From NCBI GenBank assembly GCA_028534125.1, contig CM052816.1, positions 64,978,001-65,042,000 on the forward strand: 64,000 nucleotides of DNA, in the 5' to 3' direction. This document shows positions 49,161 through 62,221 of the stretch, piece after piece. How positions within the stretch are numbered: the first letter of the stretch is position 1; each line of letters begins with the position of its first letter. The translations under genes were made by a program, and so were the position numbers. The notes below the pieces were generated by a model that was not told the DNA's origin, searched no databases, and saw only the letters and a program-made list of their open reading frames with translations. The stretch is from Lama glama. Its lineage: Eukaryota.

Positions 49161-51504
49161 GTGTTGGATGGGTATGGCCACTGGGGGAGCTGTTAAAAGT
49201 TGAGGTGAAGTGTGAAACTAGCAGACAGAGGAGGGAATAAAAAGAAGGATGAGGCAAGGAAAACAGGTCATGGATCATCAGCAACATCGACCCCCCATGA
49301 AGACACTTTGGGACAACCTAGAAGGGGATAAGAGAATGAGATTTTTGTATGAAACAAGACATTCCCTTGTTTGTACACGAATGATATACTCAAGACAGCT
49401 TTGAAGACCAAAGTCCTTGGTGTTTCAGTTTGTAAACCAGGGTAAGATTCTATCAAGGCAGCTGGCTGCCAAGCTGTGCTGCGGAGGAGTGCAACTCAGG
49501 AAGTCATTAGGCACTGAAATAGGTGAAATACGTTCTTCAGAAAGGGTGAAGCATACGTGAGATTTCTACCCTTAAGAAAATGAGCTTTTCCTGAGTCATC
49601 AAAGAGAATTTAGTACTTGCTATTTCTCAGGATGACCATGGAGCAAAAACATGTTTAGAGTAAAATATTCTCCTGATTCAAGTCGATAATAATCAAAATG
49701 ACTCGCCTCTGTTTATTTTTCCATTGTTGGAACAGAAGGGCTCGCAAACAAAGCCAAAGAAAGACACTTTCAAGTAGGTTCATCTTACTCCCCATGAAGG
49801 AATAAACTATTTTAAAACACTTTTGGCAAAACCATTGTTTATACTACAGATGAGGCTTGGCTTTCTGTTTTAAAGGAAGCTTGGCAGTTACTTGGAAACA
49901 AGTTGTTGGTGTTTGTTCTGGGTGGTAGCACCTCGGTCTGCATGTCTTCATTCTCTTCCCAGCTCTCCAAAGCTAGGCTGCCCTGCCTGGCCGTCTCCAG
50001 CCTCAGAGTCCTCCCTGAGTGCCTATGCTGCTGAGTTTATTGTTGCTAAAGGGATAATAATTAAAAATGATTTAACGTGGCAGTGCTATTAGTTAATGAT
50101 TTCCAAATAGCATTATTGGGTCCTGGGTTTGAAGAAGATGGAAATGATAAGGAACATAGAAGAGAGGTGATTTGAGGTAGGAATCTTTGATTTCTCATTG
50201 TATAAAGGTGATTATCTTTTCTACTCCTGGTCTCAGGACAGGCCCTTAGTGTGTCCTGCTGTAGAAGCTGGGACCAGAAGTATCCTCCGAGGTCATCTTG
50301 TTCAGTGGTTTTCAAACTCGTATTTGGTTGTAAATGGAATCCATTTTTTAAATTGTACAGAATGCACAGATGTAAAGCAGGCAGAAGCAGAATAGCTCTG
50401 ACAGAAACAGGGGTAGGGCGTCCAGAGTCCCATGAATTCCTCCTTTTCCCTCTCCGCTTATTGGAGAAGTGTCGGAATCGCTGGTGGTGTGGGAAGCAGG
50501 GAAAGTCACACCCGTCTGTAAGAGAACTGGGTCCCTCTTCTTCAGAGTTCTTTCCATGCCCTCAGCCCAGTTGGCTCAGCAGCTCCCCGGGGCACTGGCA
50601 TGTGCTTCCTAAGCAGGAATCCACATGGGGCAGAGATCAAGATTCCACAAATGGGGACCAAGAGGACATGTGGACATGTCTGGTATAAGCCTGGTGGCAG
50701 GGTTTGACAAAGAGTCAGAGCGGGAGATGATTCCTAAATCTTGATGCTTAGAGACATTATCCTGTGGCTGTTGAAATACCTGTAATAAATGGTGCCTAAG
50801 GTCTGTAATGTGACTTACAATAACTCTTTTATCCACCCCCGCCCCCTACAGCCTGAGAAGATGAGCAAGTTAATGTTATTAGCTTCTAAAATGGGAAGTT
50901 GATAATTATTAGGTGGGTCCACTGGGAGCTGGGGTGGGTTGTTACCAGGTCAGAAGCAGTTATGAATAGGGCACTATTATTAGTCCACTGGGCTTGGATA
51001 TGAGGTGTCAGACTTTGCCTTTTCATGATGGATACAGGGCATGCTGACATATAACCAAGACATTAAGGTCAAATTGGCACTCTGAAATAGCTGAAATGCA
51101 TTCTCTGGAAAGGGTGAAGTATACATTTGGACAACAGGAAAATTCAAAGTGATCTTGCCATCAGTTCACACTTGGGGAAGAAAAGGCACACAGACAAACC
51201 CTTCCCGGGAAGGAAGGACTGCATGTAGTTACAGCAGCAAAGGCTGTGTGTCAGTTGATGGTGTGAGTGTGAGTCAGTGACTTGGACAGCGACTGGAAGG
51301 GCAGCATAGAAAAGTTAGGAGGAAGTTTTATCTGGACTTGATATTGGCCCATTCTGTATTTCCATGTGTTCTCTCTCTTCTCTCCTCCCCTTCCTAGTTC
51401 TCTTCTCCATCATAAGTTATTGGTTCCAGCAAGACAATTCACAGCACATTATGATCTTGCCTCCTTCGGTTCCTTTGATAGACATGCTCTTCACCTTCCA
51501 GTCT

Positions 51505-52575
51505 AACAGGGCTTCTCTGCCTGGAGGGTGAAGATAGAATTCAGGGCATCAATGAAACTAGACGGGGGAAAATTATATTGTTATTACTGTCAATACGCAC
51601 TGAAATTTAACATTTTCTTCAATTATCGATGTAGGCCATAAACCAGGAGTATTAGAAATATCTGTGGTTTTGTTCACAGAAATCAGAGTATTTCATGTCA
51701 CACTACAGTTATAGGTATCTCTCTTTATAATTTGTGCTCATCAGTTGAAATTATGGTAGTTTATTTGGCCAGCTACTAGATCTTGTAAGTTAATGTGTTC
51801 ATAAAGAATATTATTATCTCACAAATTTCACAAAAAGAAATAATTTAAATATATAGTTTTTTCTACTATATTGAAACACACAGGTTCTTAAAAATCACCC
51901 TGCCATGCAAAATCACACCATAAAAACCACAGAGTTCATGGGAAACATGGAGTTCAGGGCACAACATTCAAAAACCTTAACTACACATTAAAGGAAAGAT
52001 AGGAACCTAATAAAAATGGTAGCTCAGTCATGTACAGTTATATATCAAATGGTTAAGAAGTACATACATTTGTAAGTACTAGAATAAATATGGTACCACA
52101 CCTTGAGAAGGACCTCTGTGTGCTTGTAGAAGTGGGCGAGGCTTGTGAATTATTGTGCGGTGGGGTTATTTAAACTCGATGGAAAGTTGTAACACCAGGT
52201 GTGGATGGGTGCATCTGGCAACGCACCTGGTGCAAAGGAAGCCGGTGGAAGTTTGGGACGTGCGTGTCTGTGGTTTGTGGACTTGTACTGCTGGGTTCAC
52301 TGGGTGCCAATTTTGCATTCGCCTAGTGTTTCTTGGGAAAGAAATGGTGCATAAGCAAACATGAAATCTGTGTTATGCCCAAATTGTTCCCTAATAAATC
52401 AGTTACACTGGAACAAATTCATGTTTTCAGAACAAGTGGTATCCCAGAAATGGCTACAATTGATTTCCTCTGTGATCCGAGTATTTTATTTCAAATATAT
52501 TCAAAAATTGTGAGAAGGTCTTAGACTTCAGGCTCACAAACGGTCCGTCTCACACAAAAGATCAGGAATCCCTGT
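51505..52575. mobile_element. Charlie4a-like hAT element split by Tigger13a
   Basis: ctgaaatttaacattttcttcaattatcgatgtaggc...ttgaaattatggtagtt...ctagatcttgt, resuming after the insert as attgatttcctctgtgatcc...acacaaaagatcaggaatccctg. Confidence 0.7.
51853..52458 (-). mobile_element. Tigger13a-like TcMar DNA transposon
   Basis: ttcttaaaaatcacc...atgcaaaatcacaccataaaaaccacag and cattcgcctagtgtttct...gcataagcaaacatgaaat...caaattgttccctaata...tggaacaaattcatgttttc. Confidence 0.7.
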
Positions 52576-55039
52576 TCTGACAGACCCTTTTCCTTCCCCC
52601 AGCTCCAATACCTGCAACTTCTCGGCTGAGTCCCTTCCATCCCTATGTTGTTACCCTCTCCCCCAGCCCCTGCCCATCCACAGTCATTTCTCCCACCTTA
52701 GTGCTTGTTGGCACTTGTTTAAACCACTCATATCAGAACTTAATTGCAGTCTGTTTTATATTGTTATTTATACTTTTTATGTTCTTTTCCTTCATAACTA
52801 TATTCTGAGTTTCTTAAAGATGGAGACCATAAGCTTTCTGTTCTTTTCATTCCTTTTAGTGTTTTAGAAATTTATTGTATACGTTCTCATTGAATGAGTT
52901 ACCAAAATACTAGTATTCAGTCTGGGAAAGTAGGAACTGAAATAATCAGTGGTTCAGTATTGTTCATTCTTGGTGAGAGCAGAGTGGATGGGACCAGAGC
53001 AAGACCACCTTGTCTTCTAAGTGCTCAGGAGAGAAGCAAACAGATGAGAAAACAAACAACATTCATTGTGCTGAGAATATATAGAATTCCTGGCAAGGGT
53101 TTTGACTGTTTAGAAGGGCTTCTGGGAGAGACCGAGGGACTTTCCTTTTTATCTAGAGTAGCCTCTCTTTTGTTTGTTTGGTTGAAAACACTGGTGTGGT
53201 TAAAGGTAGCAGAGATGGAGGAGATGCTTTTGGCATTTTAGGTTTTTAAATAACGCTTTGCTCAAGTCACACATTAGTAAGTCAGCCAGAGTTGGAACCC
53301 ATACTTGGGATCTTTTGAGCCTCCACCTAGGCTTGTTCAGTGTCTGTATGTTAGGGTGACAAGATTTGGAGCTGAAACTAAGAAGGAGCCCACACTGCAG
53401 CAAGAGCCTCTTCCAGACCCACTGTGCTAGTTTTGAACTAAGACATTTTCTGTCTGCAGCTATATGCAGTGTGAACGGGCCACAGACGGACATCAGATGA
53501 GTGGGCGAAATAACGTTTGGTGGGAAATGATGACAGTTCTATGGCATTAGTCCTTGGAGCCCCAGGTGCACTTATTCATCCTTTATATACTTTAAGCTTT
53601 CAGCCTTGGGGTTATTTCAGCAGGTTAGCATCTGTGTTTTAGAGACAAGCCCCACAGTGAATCAGCAAGGAGAACGAGTCATACGTGGAACTGGGAGAGG
53701 GGATGAGAGGATCCTTACTGAGAGATCATTGTGATGATGCAACCAAGGTCGTGACTTTCCATCTTTCCTTTTGTCCATCCAGCAAGCTGACCTTACTTCC
53801 CTGGCCCTGAACCATCCTCGGCTTGGGCAGAGTGTACCATGTTTATACACGCCCCTGGAACATCACAACCCTGTACCCGGAGTACCCTGACACAGACCAC
53901 GAGTTAGAATTTCTGGGCTCATAATATCCTACCCCTTGACTTTTGTGTTGGGGATTTTTACTCTTCTCCTTTTGTTTAATGAATCATGTCTCCTTGACGG
54001 AGTGAGGATCCTTTTGTTTAAGTGAGTCAAGGCTGTATCTATATATGGCCACTGAATTGACTGTTTAAAACATTGCTGTTGTTATGATTTGAATAAATAA
54101 TTTTGGACAGTTATGTGCCTATAAAGAGCTAATAATTTATCAGCCTTTGGAGGATACCAATTTTTTCTTGCAATTTTCTGGGTATCATTTCTCAGACTTA
54201 GATTTCAAAAACTTTTCCCACCTTTAAAATTATACAAAGTGTTATACAAAGTATGATTTAACAGCAGCTGAAGGATTTATTTAAATCCACATACTAACCA
54301 ACAACAATCATAGTGAACACAGTTTAGGTAAGGTTTTATTTTATTTTTTTTAATCCAGAGAATATTAGGGGATATACAGAACAATGAGCAAGCACTTCAA
54401 GACCTTGGACTTGTTAGAGATTCAGAGTGAGTTTCAAACAAGGAAAGGAATGCATACCAGCAGCATTCCTATAAAATAGCCATAGGAGTAGGGTAGCTTA
54501 CAGAGGCAGACTGTTGTAGAAACACAGCTAGTGAAATAGTCTGGTGGAGAGACTGTTTCTTAAACATTCTTATCATCCTAGAGCATTTACTTCCAAATCA
54601 TACTGGCCTTAGACTTGGGCAAGAGGGCCCCCTGCCTGGCCCAGTCTGTTAGAGGACCCCAGCTGAGCCCTCCTCTGGCCACACCATTCCTGCTGAGCAA
54701 AGATTCTGCAGGGACAGGGCATCACGTCTTTCTCTTTTATAGACCGTGGTCAGGGCATCTGAATGCTGGAATTTCCTGCTCAGATGGTCCAAAGCTAAGA
54801 CACAGATGTGTCCTTCAGAGGGCAGGTTGGATTTTGTACAAGGGGTGACCAAAAAGAGCTGTTTGCAGGGGCAAGGGGTATGAATAACCGCCAAACCAGC
54901 ACCCGCACATGTGCTTGTAAATCCCAGTAAGGAAGCAAGTTGGTGCAAAGAGGAGGAGGGTGGGCTAGAGCAGGGGTGGGAATGGGGGTCGGTTCCAGCT
55001 CTTTCTGAACCACTACATCCCAGTGTAGAACCTTTCCCA

Positions 55040-55200
55040 GGTCTCATTCAGTCCTGCAGAACTTGTCAGGGAAATGTTTTTTAACTCGCATTATGGGAAT
55101 GAGGTTGTGGAGGGTTAGGTAACTAACCCAAGGCCACTCTATTAGTGAGAAGTTCAATCAAGATTTAAACCTCAGGTGATTGGGCTCCAAAGTGCCTCTT
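55040..55200 (-). mobile_element. MIR fragment
   Basis: gagggttaggtaactaacccaaggccactct...agatttaaacctcagg. Confidence 0.55.
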
Positions 55201-55719
55201 TCCACTTTGTTAGGTTGCCTGTTAACAGCATCTTGGCTTTTACACCTTCCCAGCTCTCCCCACACCTTGGAACATAGTGATATGCAATAAATATTTGCAG
55301 AGTAACTAAGGTACTAGAACAAAATATTTGTTTACCTTTACTATTAATGGGATATAGAGTATAATTCTGGCGTAAGTCAGAAATTCCATGTAAAATGTGC
55401 TGATGGGGACATTTCACTCCTGATCTATCTATGCTATTAAGTGTGTTGACCTTACCTAGATCCTGTGACTGGACAACTTACTGGGCTCACCTCTCCATCA
55501 GTCAGCCCAGTAAACTGCTGCAGATTTTCTGACTAGCATGGATTCAATGTCCAGAAAGAGGCTTTTATTCATAGAAAATAGTAACACCAAGTATGTTGCT
55601 GTCCTTTTCTTTCTTTCCTTACAATGACACGAAACTCTGGGTGTTAAGGTGATGGAAGAGCGGTTGTTGGATTGCCTGCCTCTCATGGATCAGTGGGCAT
55701 TGTCCCCCCATTGGTGAGA

Positions 55720-56100
55720 CCTCGTTCTTGGCTTTCCTGGGCAGTGGTTATTCACCTGTGCTGCTCCCTCCTGGAACATTCAGCTGTGCTGTCCCTCGGC
55801 TCTGTCTTGCCTGGTGCTCCCTCCCACTTGTCTGAGACGCCAGGACCATTCTCGACTATTGGCAGAAAGCCCTGGAACACTGTCTCACTTCTGCTCTAGA
55901 CTGGTTTTGGTATCTTCTCCACATGTTCCCATCTGTACACTTAATTGTTTTGGCTGATTTATCGGTCTGCCTTGCTAGATTATAGCCCCATTTGAGGGCA
56001 GGCTTTGTGTCCCTCTTGTTTACCGCTGAGTTGCCACGTTTAACACAATACCTGACGCATAGAAAGTCCTTAATTTGTATTTGTAGAATGACTCAATGAA
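55720..56100 (+). mobile_element. L2 3' region
   Basis: ctagattatagcccc...gagggcagg...tcttgtttaccgctg...acaatacctgacgcatag...tttgtagaatgactcaatgaa. Confidence 0.7.
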
Positions 56101-56629
56101 CTGCCCTGATAATTGAGTCATTAACTGCATTTTCAAAGAAGTTCTAGTAGTAAGGTATCAGATCAAGGATTTCTTTCATGGGAAGCTCATAGTCTCATAT
56201 ATCACATAATTGCACCCACTTGCTTGGAGACTCACCTGGAGTGTGGCTACCCTCTACCCTCCCAGAGTGACATGCTACTTCTAGGACCCTCCTTTCTTCC
56301 CTGGAGAGACAGCCAAACTGAATCTTCTCAGAAAGAGTGATTAAAACCTCATCAAACCACAGAAAGGTTCTATTAACTTATCCAGGTGCTGGATGCACCC
56401 ATTGTGTCCCCTCCTGACTCCATTTACTACATCACTGTGCACAAGAGAGCCAAATTGCCAATGTCTCTCAGTGACTAGACCCAGAACTGTTTTCTAAAAC
56501 CAGATCTCTGAATTCTAATTCTCCTAAGCAGGATTGAACTTTTGTGCAAGAAGGCTGGTGACCATTATCTGAGTATAGAGAAAGGATTCTTTCATTATGA
56601 TCATAATCATCATTATTTTAACCTTTGCT

Positions 56630-57210
56630 TTCATTCTTTTAATATTATATTTATACAAGCTATTGTATTATGTTTAACATAGGAATAGAGAAAAATATGG
56701 AAATCCTGCATTCAGCATGATGAATTTTCATAGAGTGGGCATATCCATATAACTTCCATCCAGATCAAGAAACTGAATATTCCCAACACCTCAGAGATCT
56801 TTCACATAACTCCTTCCATTTCTTTCTCCTAAATGGTAATATTGTCTCACCAATTTTTAAACTTTTACAAAAGGAATCATTTATTATACATTCTTTTATG
56901 ACTGAGTTCAGTCAGCATTGTTTGTGACATTCATCTATATTGTTGTATATGACAGCAGTTTGTACCTATACTGCTGTATAATATTCCACTATATTTTTAT
57001 ATACCATAGTTAATCTGTCCATTCTTTTGTTGATGGACATTTGGATTATTTATAATTTGGAGCTATTACAGATACTGCTGCAGTGTAAATTTTTTTTGGC
57101 TCAAATGTATGCATTTATCTTGGGCATATACCAGGGAGTGGAATAGCTGGGACAAAGGTATGCATACACTCAATTTAAGTGGCGGATTCTATCAAGCAGT
57201 TTTCTTCAGT
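56630..57210 (-). mobile_element. Ancient L1ME/L1MC-like 3' region
   Basis: ccagatcaagaaactgaatattcccaacacctcag...tgtccattcttttgttgatggacatttgg...cttgggcatataccagggagtggaatagctggg. Confidence 0.8.
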
Positions 57211-57844
57211 GTAGAATTTCTAAGAAGGGGATAGAGAAATTGTGATAACTCAGACTTCCCAGGAGGTAGGAAGCTTCTGGAAAAGATCGGTCTAAGATAC
57301 AGCAGTCCAGCTTATGTATTTTGATTTAATATTAGTGCAATCTAAGCTTGAACAACTTTGAAAATGACCTAAGTTTGTAGTATAAAGATAGAAGCTAAAG
57401 TTGTAAAGATTCAATGTAGCTGATAGCAAAATAACCTGACAGCTTTTAATGGGTAAGAAATACCTATGAGTTATTTAATCAGTTACACCTTCATTAATGA
57501 GGAAATAGCTCTGGGAAGAATTTTTGTTTAAGAAAATCACAGTAATAAATATTAGTACTAACTGGGATGGTTATGAAATATTCTAAAGTTACAGAACACA
57601 TTATGTACAAGATGAAATGCTTTAGGGTGAAATGGGGTCATGAGATTGGATATTTCCCCTTATTTAATTCTTTAAATTTTCTGATGGTCTAGGAGAGCAA
57701 TTTTCTGAATTTAACTAACCAGATTTTAGGAAAAGCATATGGTAAAACTTAAGTACTGAATTAAAGTTTGCAGTGTTTTCTCTAAGTTTAGGCAAGTCTT
57801 TCCTCTTATCTTCATGTTTACCTTTAAAGGAGAGCCAGAGGCAC

Positions 57845-58603
57845 TTATCAGAATGGTTAAATAAAAAATAGCATCACTGAATGCTGGCAAGGATGCAGAA
57901 AGACTGGACCACACATAGTGGCTAGTGGTACTGTAAAATGGTACAGCCACTCTGGAAAAGAGTTTGGTACTTAAAAAAAACACAACTAAACATGTAACTA
58001 TCAAATCATTCAGCAAATGCACTCCTGGACACTTATCCTAGAGAAATGAAGACTTCCCGTTCACACAAAAACCTGTGTGTGAATGATGATAGCAGCTTTA
58101 TTTGTAATAGCCTAACAACTGGAAACAACCCAGACATCCTTCAGTGAGTGAATGGTTAACACACTGGTACATCCATACCATGGAATATTACTCAGCAATA
58201 AAAAGCAATGAAGTATCAATATACACAACAACCTAGATGAATGTCCAGATAATTAAGCTGAGTGAGAAAATCTAATTTTAAAGGGTTACATATTGTATGA
58301 ATCAGTTTATATATGTTGAAATGACAAAATTATGAATTGAGAACAGATTAGTGTAGATTAGTAGTTGGCAGTGTTAAGAGGGGATAGGGCAGGAGAGAGC
58401 TGGGTGTGGCTATAAGAGAGTAACATGTAGGAAATCCTTGTGGTGATGAGCTGTTTTGTGTCTTGACTCTCAGTGTCAATATCCTGGTAGTGATCTTGTT
58501 ACCATCGAGAAAACTGAGTCTTTAAATGATTAACCAGATTCGTCTGTAATATTCCTTACAACTACATGTGAATCTACAATCATCTCAAAAACTAATTAAA
58601 GAA
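57845..58603 (+). mobile_element. L1MC-like 3' end (ORF2 C-terminus remnant plus 3' UTR)
   Basis: aatgctggcaaggatgcagaaagactgg...aaaatggtacagccactctggaaa...gttcacacaaaaacctg...catccataccatggaatattactcagcaataaaaag...catgtgaatctacaatcatctcaaaa. Confidence 0.85.
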
Positions 58604-59719
58604 ATCGAGAGCCAGGAAGTATGCTACACGTTTTCTCTTAGGTCAGTTCTTTTCAAAATTACCCATTCATGTCTTAAATCTTGTAGATTGTTACCAGAGG
58701 AAAGCCACTGCTTCCTGCCTCTCGCTAAAGACAGCATTAATCATTGAAATTCTCATCTATCAAAGGTCCTAGAATCCTCTAGCCCCATGTTGAATTTCAA
58801 GGGGCCATTAGTCATATTCTTTGACCTGCAGAGATACCTACACATCAGTTAAGAGTCTTAGATCTTTAGAAGCAATATATCTAAACTGCAGCTAAATAAA
58901 TGGACAGATGGCTGAGATTATTTCTCCTCACCATAATTACTTTTCTTCTAGCCCCAAAGAACCTGCCTGAAGAGTCAAAGCCTAAGAAGTTTGCCCATTG
59001 TTCAGTTCCTATTTGGCTTAGACGGTCCAAGGATCAGTTAGGAAACGGTGAAGATGATGTAATGAATCTTAGTGGGAATAGAATGTTTGAGACTTTCATG
59101 TGTATGTTTTTAAGACTTAAAATATTATCTTCACTTCCTGGTTGCTTTCTGTAATGCTGCAGCTGTTATATTCTGGGGCACCTCACTATCTTTTTTCAGT
59201 TTTTGCCCTCTATGCCATTTGTGCATGGGATCTTCTGGACAAGGGGTTATCATCTCTGTGGGTTTTCCAGTCTGAGCAATCTCCTTGGGTATCATTTTCC
59301 TGAGTGTTCTAGTTAAATATCCTCAATTTTCCTTTGCTTTTGTGGACATTATTTTGATCTTCCAGTTGACTTCACGTTCTGTGTTGTCTTTGCTGGTCCC
59401 TGAAGTTGCCAGCTCCTCGGAGGTGTTTTAAACTGCACTGTTAACCCCTGTCAGTATTGAGAGGTAGTCCTGCATTGAGGTGTCTCTTTAGAGAGCAGGG
59501 CTCCTGTTTGGCACGCAAGTCAAGGTCTCTTTGTTTTTTTTACTATAAAGTCTTTCGGGGGAAGATAGTTTTGTTAACTATTGACATGTTTGACATGTCA
59601 GGTGAGCAAGGTGAGATGTGTTTTGTGACATTCTACTTTGATTATTCTCTGACAAGAAACTTGTACTGTAAGGGAAGGGGACTGGCAAGCAGGGGAAAGG
59701 AGATTACATGAAATAACAT

Positions 59720-59920
59720 TCTTTTAAGTGATCATCAGATGCTATGTCTTTAATGTACATTATCTCCTTGAATCCCCTCACAGTTTTAGTGGATACCTAT
59801 TATATGCATTTTTCTAGGTGAGATAACAATCTCAGATGCCCAAGTTGCAACCAGTCAGTGGGAGAATGAGAAGGCAGACCCAAATTTTCCTGATATGAAA
59901 GTCAAGGTTCTTTGATGCTA
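59720..59920 (-). mobile_element. MIR
   Basis: cattatctccttgaatcccctcacag...ttttctaggtgagataacaatctcaga. Confidence 0.55.
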
Positions 59921-60391
59921 CCTCTTGTTAAACAAAGAGGAAGCAAATGGAGCTCTTATTTCATATGCTGAATATCAAATTGTCTATGCTAAGAAACTGA
60001 ATAGGTTCATTTTGATTTAAATATGATGATTGGCTAAATGCTTCTAAGGCTTCACACTCAGTGACTTAGAAAGGTCACTAAGGGTAGAGGTGAGGTATAC
60101 GTTACCCACATGAGAGCACGATTGGGTACCAAATTGCTGAATCACTGATCTACATGATTTGACTTAAGAAATGCTAAGGGGTCTCTAGCTGCCCACAAAT
60201 ATCTTTTTATCATCCTCATCATTGTAATCCTTTTCTTGATTGACTGTTGCTCAATAAGTCATAAAATTTCCACTATTAGAGTTGTTAATAGTTCACAGAA
60301 CAAAGTCAAGTTTCTTGGCTTCCCAACACCTTTCATTCCTTAGACCATTTTTTTTTTCACATGAGATGAAATGACTCCTTTAGCTATTAGC

Positions 60392-60542
60392 TTGTATCTT
60401 GACTGTATCAATGTCAATATCCTAGTTGTAATACTGTGCTATGGTTTTAAAGAGGTTACCATTGGGGGAAACTGGGTAAAAGGGACACTGTATCTCTCTG
60501 TATTATTTCTTATAAATGCATGTGAATCTGTAATTATCTCAG
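60392..60542 (+). mobile_element. L1MC-like 3' UTR terminal fragment
   Basis: gtatcttgactgtatcaatgtcaatatcctagttgt...gttaccattgggggaaactgggtaaaaggg...gcatgtgaatctgtaattatctca; homologous to 58458-58590. Confidence 0.8.
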
Positions 60543-61714
60543 TGAGTTCCTCAGGAGAGTTGTTAATTCCTGGAAAGCTGCATTTCTAGATGTTGAGTTC
60601 CTTTAGTTTCACATGGAAATGTGAGAGTACCTAGGGTGGAACATGGTGGTCCTAAACCCTGTCCTGTAAAGAGACCATCATAGGGAAATGTGATAAGGGA
60701 AGAGAAGTGCAGACAGTGTGAAGGTGGCATGGTTTGTGGCAAACTTTACGCACCTGAGAAACATTTTATATTTTTGTCCATTATCAGAACAGGTTCTATT
60801 CTCCAAAGATCACAATGCTGTTCTCATCACAGGTTCTCAGTTTCTGTTTGATCATGGGAGCATGATTTACCTTTGACTGATTCAATTGCTTCATCTGTAA
60901 TATTGGGGCATTACAGTTTGTACTGAGAGACAGTCATGCCAAGACTATTTTGAAGTAGTGAGAACAGCGTACTTTTGTGCAGATGAAGCAAATATGAAGT
61001 GCATTTCATATTTTCATGCGGTGAATATTCATATGGCCCTAACATACATTAATTGACATCCTTATCATTTTATTCTTCCAACACTAGGGCAGTACGTATA
61101 AATAAATTCTATTTCTGTACACAAATCTGGAATATTATTATCTGTTTTGTAATTGTTTCTGCAAATTTGCCTTCATGGCAATTTTTGTTCTTGAAGTTAT
61201 TTTAAAGTAATAGCTAATCTTCACACTTTATTTCGGAATCAAGTAGGAAAGAGGGAACTGCTGAGTTTGAGTGTTGGGGATACCCAAGGAAGGTATATAA
61301 TCGTAAGGAAACTTCTAGATTTGATTGTTAGGAGGGTTGGTCCGAATGCTTATAGGCCCTGTGCAGAGCCGGTTCTCCCCTCCAAATCTCAGCTGGGTTG
61401 TTACAGCCCAGTGTTATATCTAGGAAGGCAATGGCTTATGCTAGATGGGATGTTGGTTTCAGATAGCTTCCTCAGGAAATAGCCACTCACCCGATGGCCT
61501 TCCAGGCTGTCTCAGGGAGCCCTGCTGGCTGTCTTGTTCTGGAGCAGGAGTCCCAGTGTTCACTCCGTAGGCTGTAGTGCCCTTTGACAGCGATGCTGGC
61601 AGGCGGAGCTACGTGAAGGGACCATGATGTGCTCTCTCTCTTTGTGCAGAGTCTCAGAGGTGGTTCAGGCAGTTGTACATTGTTTATTTATTTGAAAACA
61701 ATAATCTCCATGAG

Positions 61715-61930
61715 TATATCTTAGTGCACCCTAAGGCATTATTTTGGCTGCAAAACTAGGTTTCGTAAGGGTGATCTCACTTAATTCTCACAGTAACCGT
61801 ATGAGGTTGGGCATTATCACCTTCCATTTAGAGAGGCTTACTGAAATTAAAGTTTGTCTATGGTCACACGATTAGTGAGCCAGAATTTGAGTGTATATAT
61901 CTAATTCCACAGCCTACACCTTGAACTCTT
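61715..61930 (-). mobile_element. MIR
   Basis: atctcacttaattctcacagtaaccgtatgaggttgggcattatc...ggtcacacgattagtgagccagaatttga. Confidence 0.7.
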
Positions 61931-62221
61931 CTTCATGTAATACAGAGTCTTGGAGTCTGTGTCAACATGTCTTCCCTTCTTTCAACAGATATTTTTTGAA
62001 TATCTGTCTGTTTTCTTTTAGGCACCATGCTGCATCCTCAGATATAAAAATTAATGAACATGATTCCTACAGTAGAGGTACTCCTATTTTATTATGACAG
62101 AAATTAGGTATATTGTAAAAAATGATAAAATGTGAAGTGAATAATCCATTACAGCCATGAGAGCATTTAAAGTATTTGAAAGATAACATAGCCCTGAGAA
62201 CAATACAGTGAATGATCAATT

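Noticed and set aside
54600..54950. Possible hAT-Tip100 (MamTip/MER91-like) remnant
   Set aside because: Resemblance too weak to call without a Dfam search
59582..59600. p53/p63 response element (TGACATGTTTGACATGTCA)
   Set aside because: CATG cores are 9 bp apart rather than 10, so the half-sites overlap
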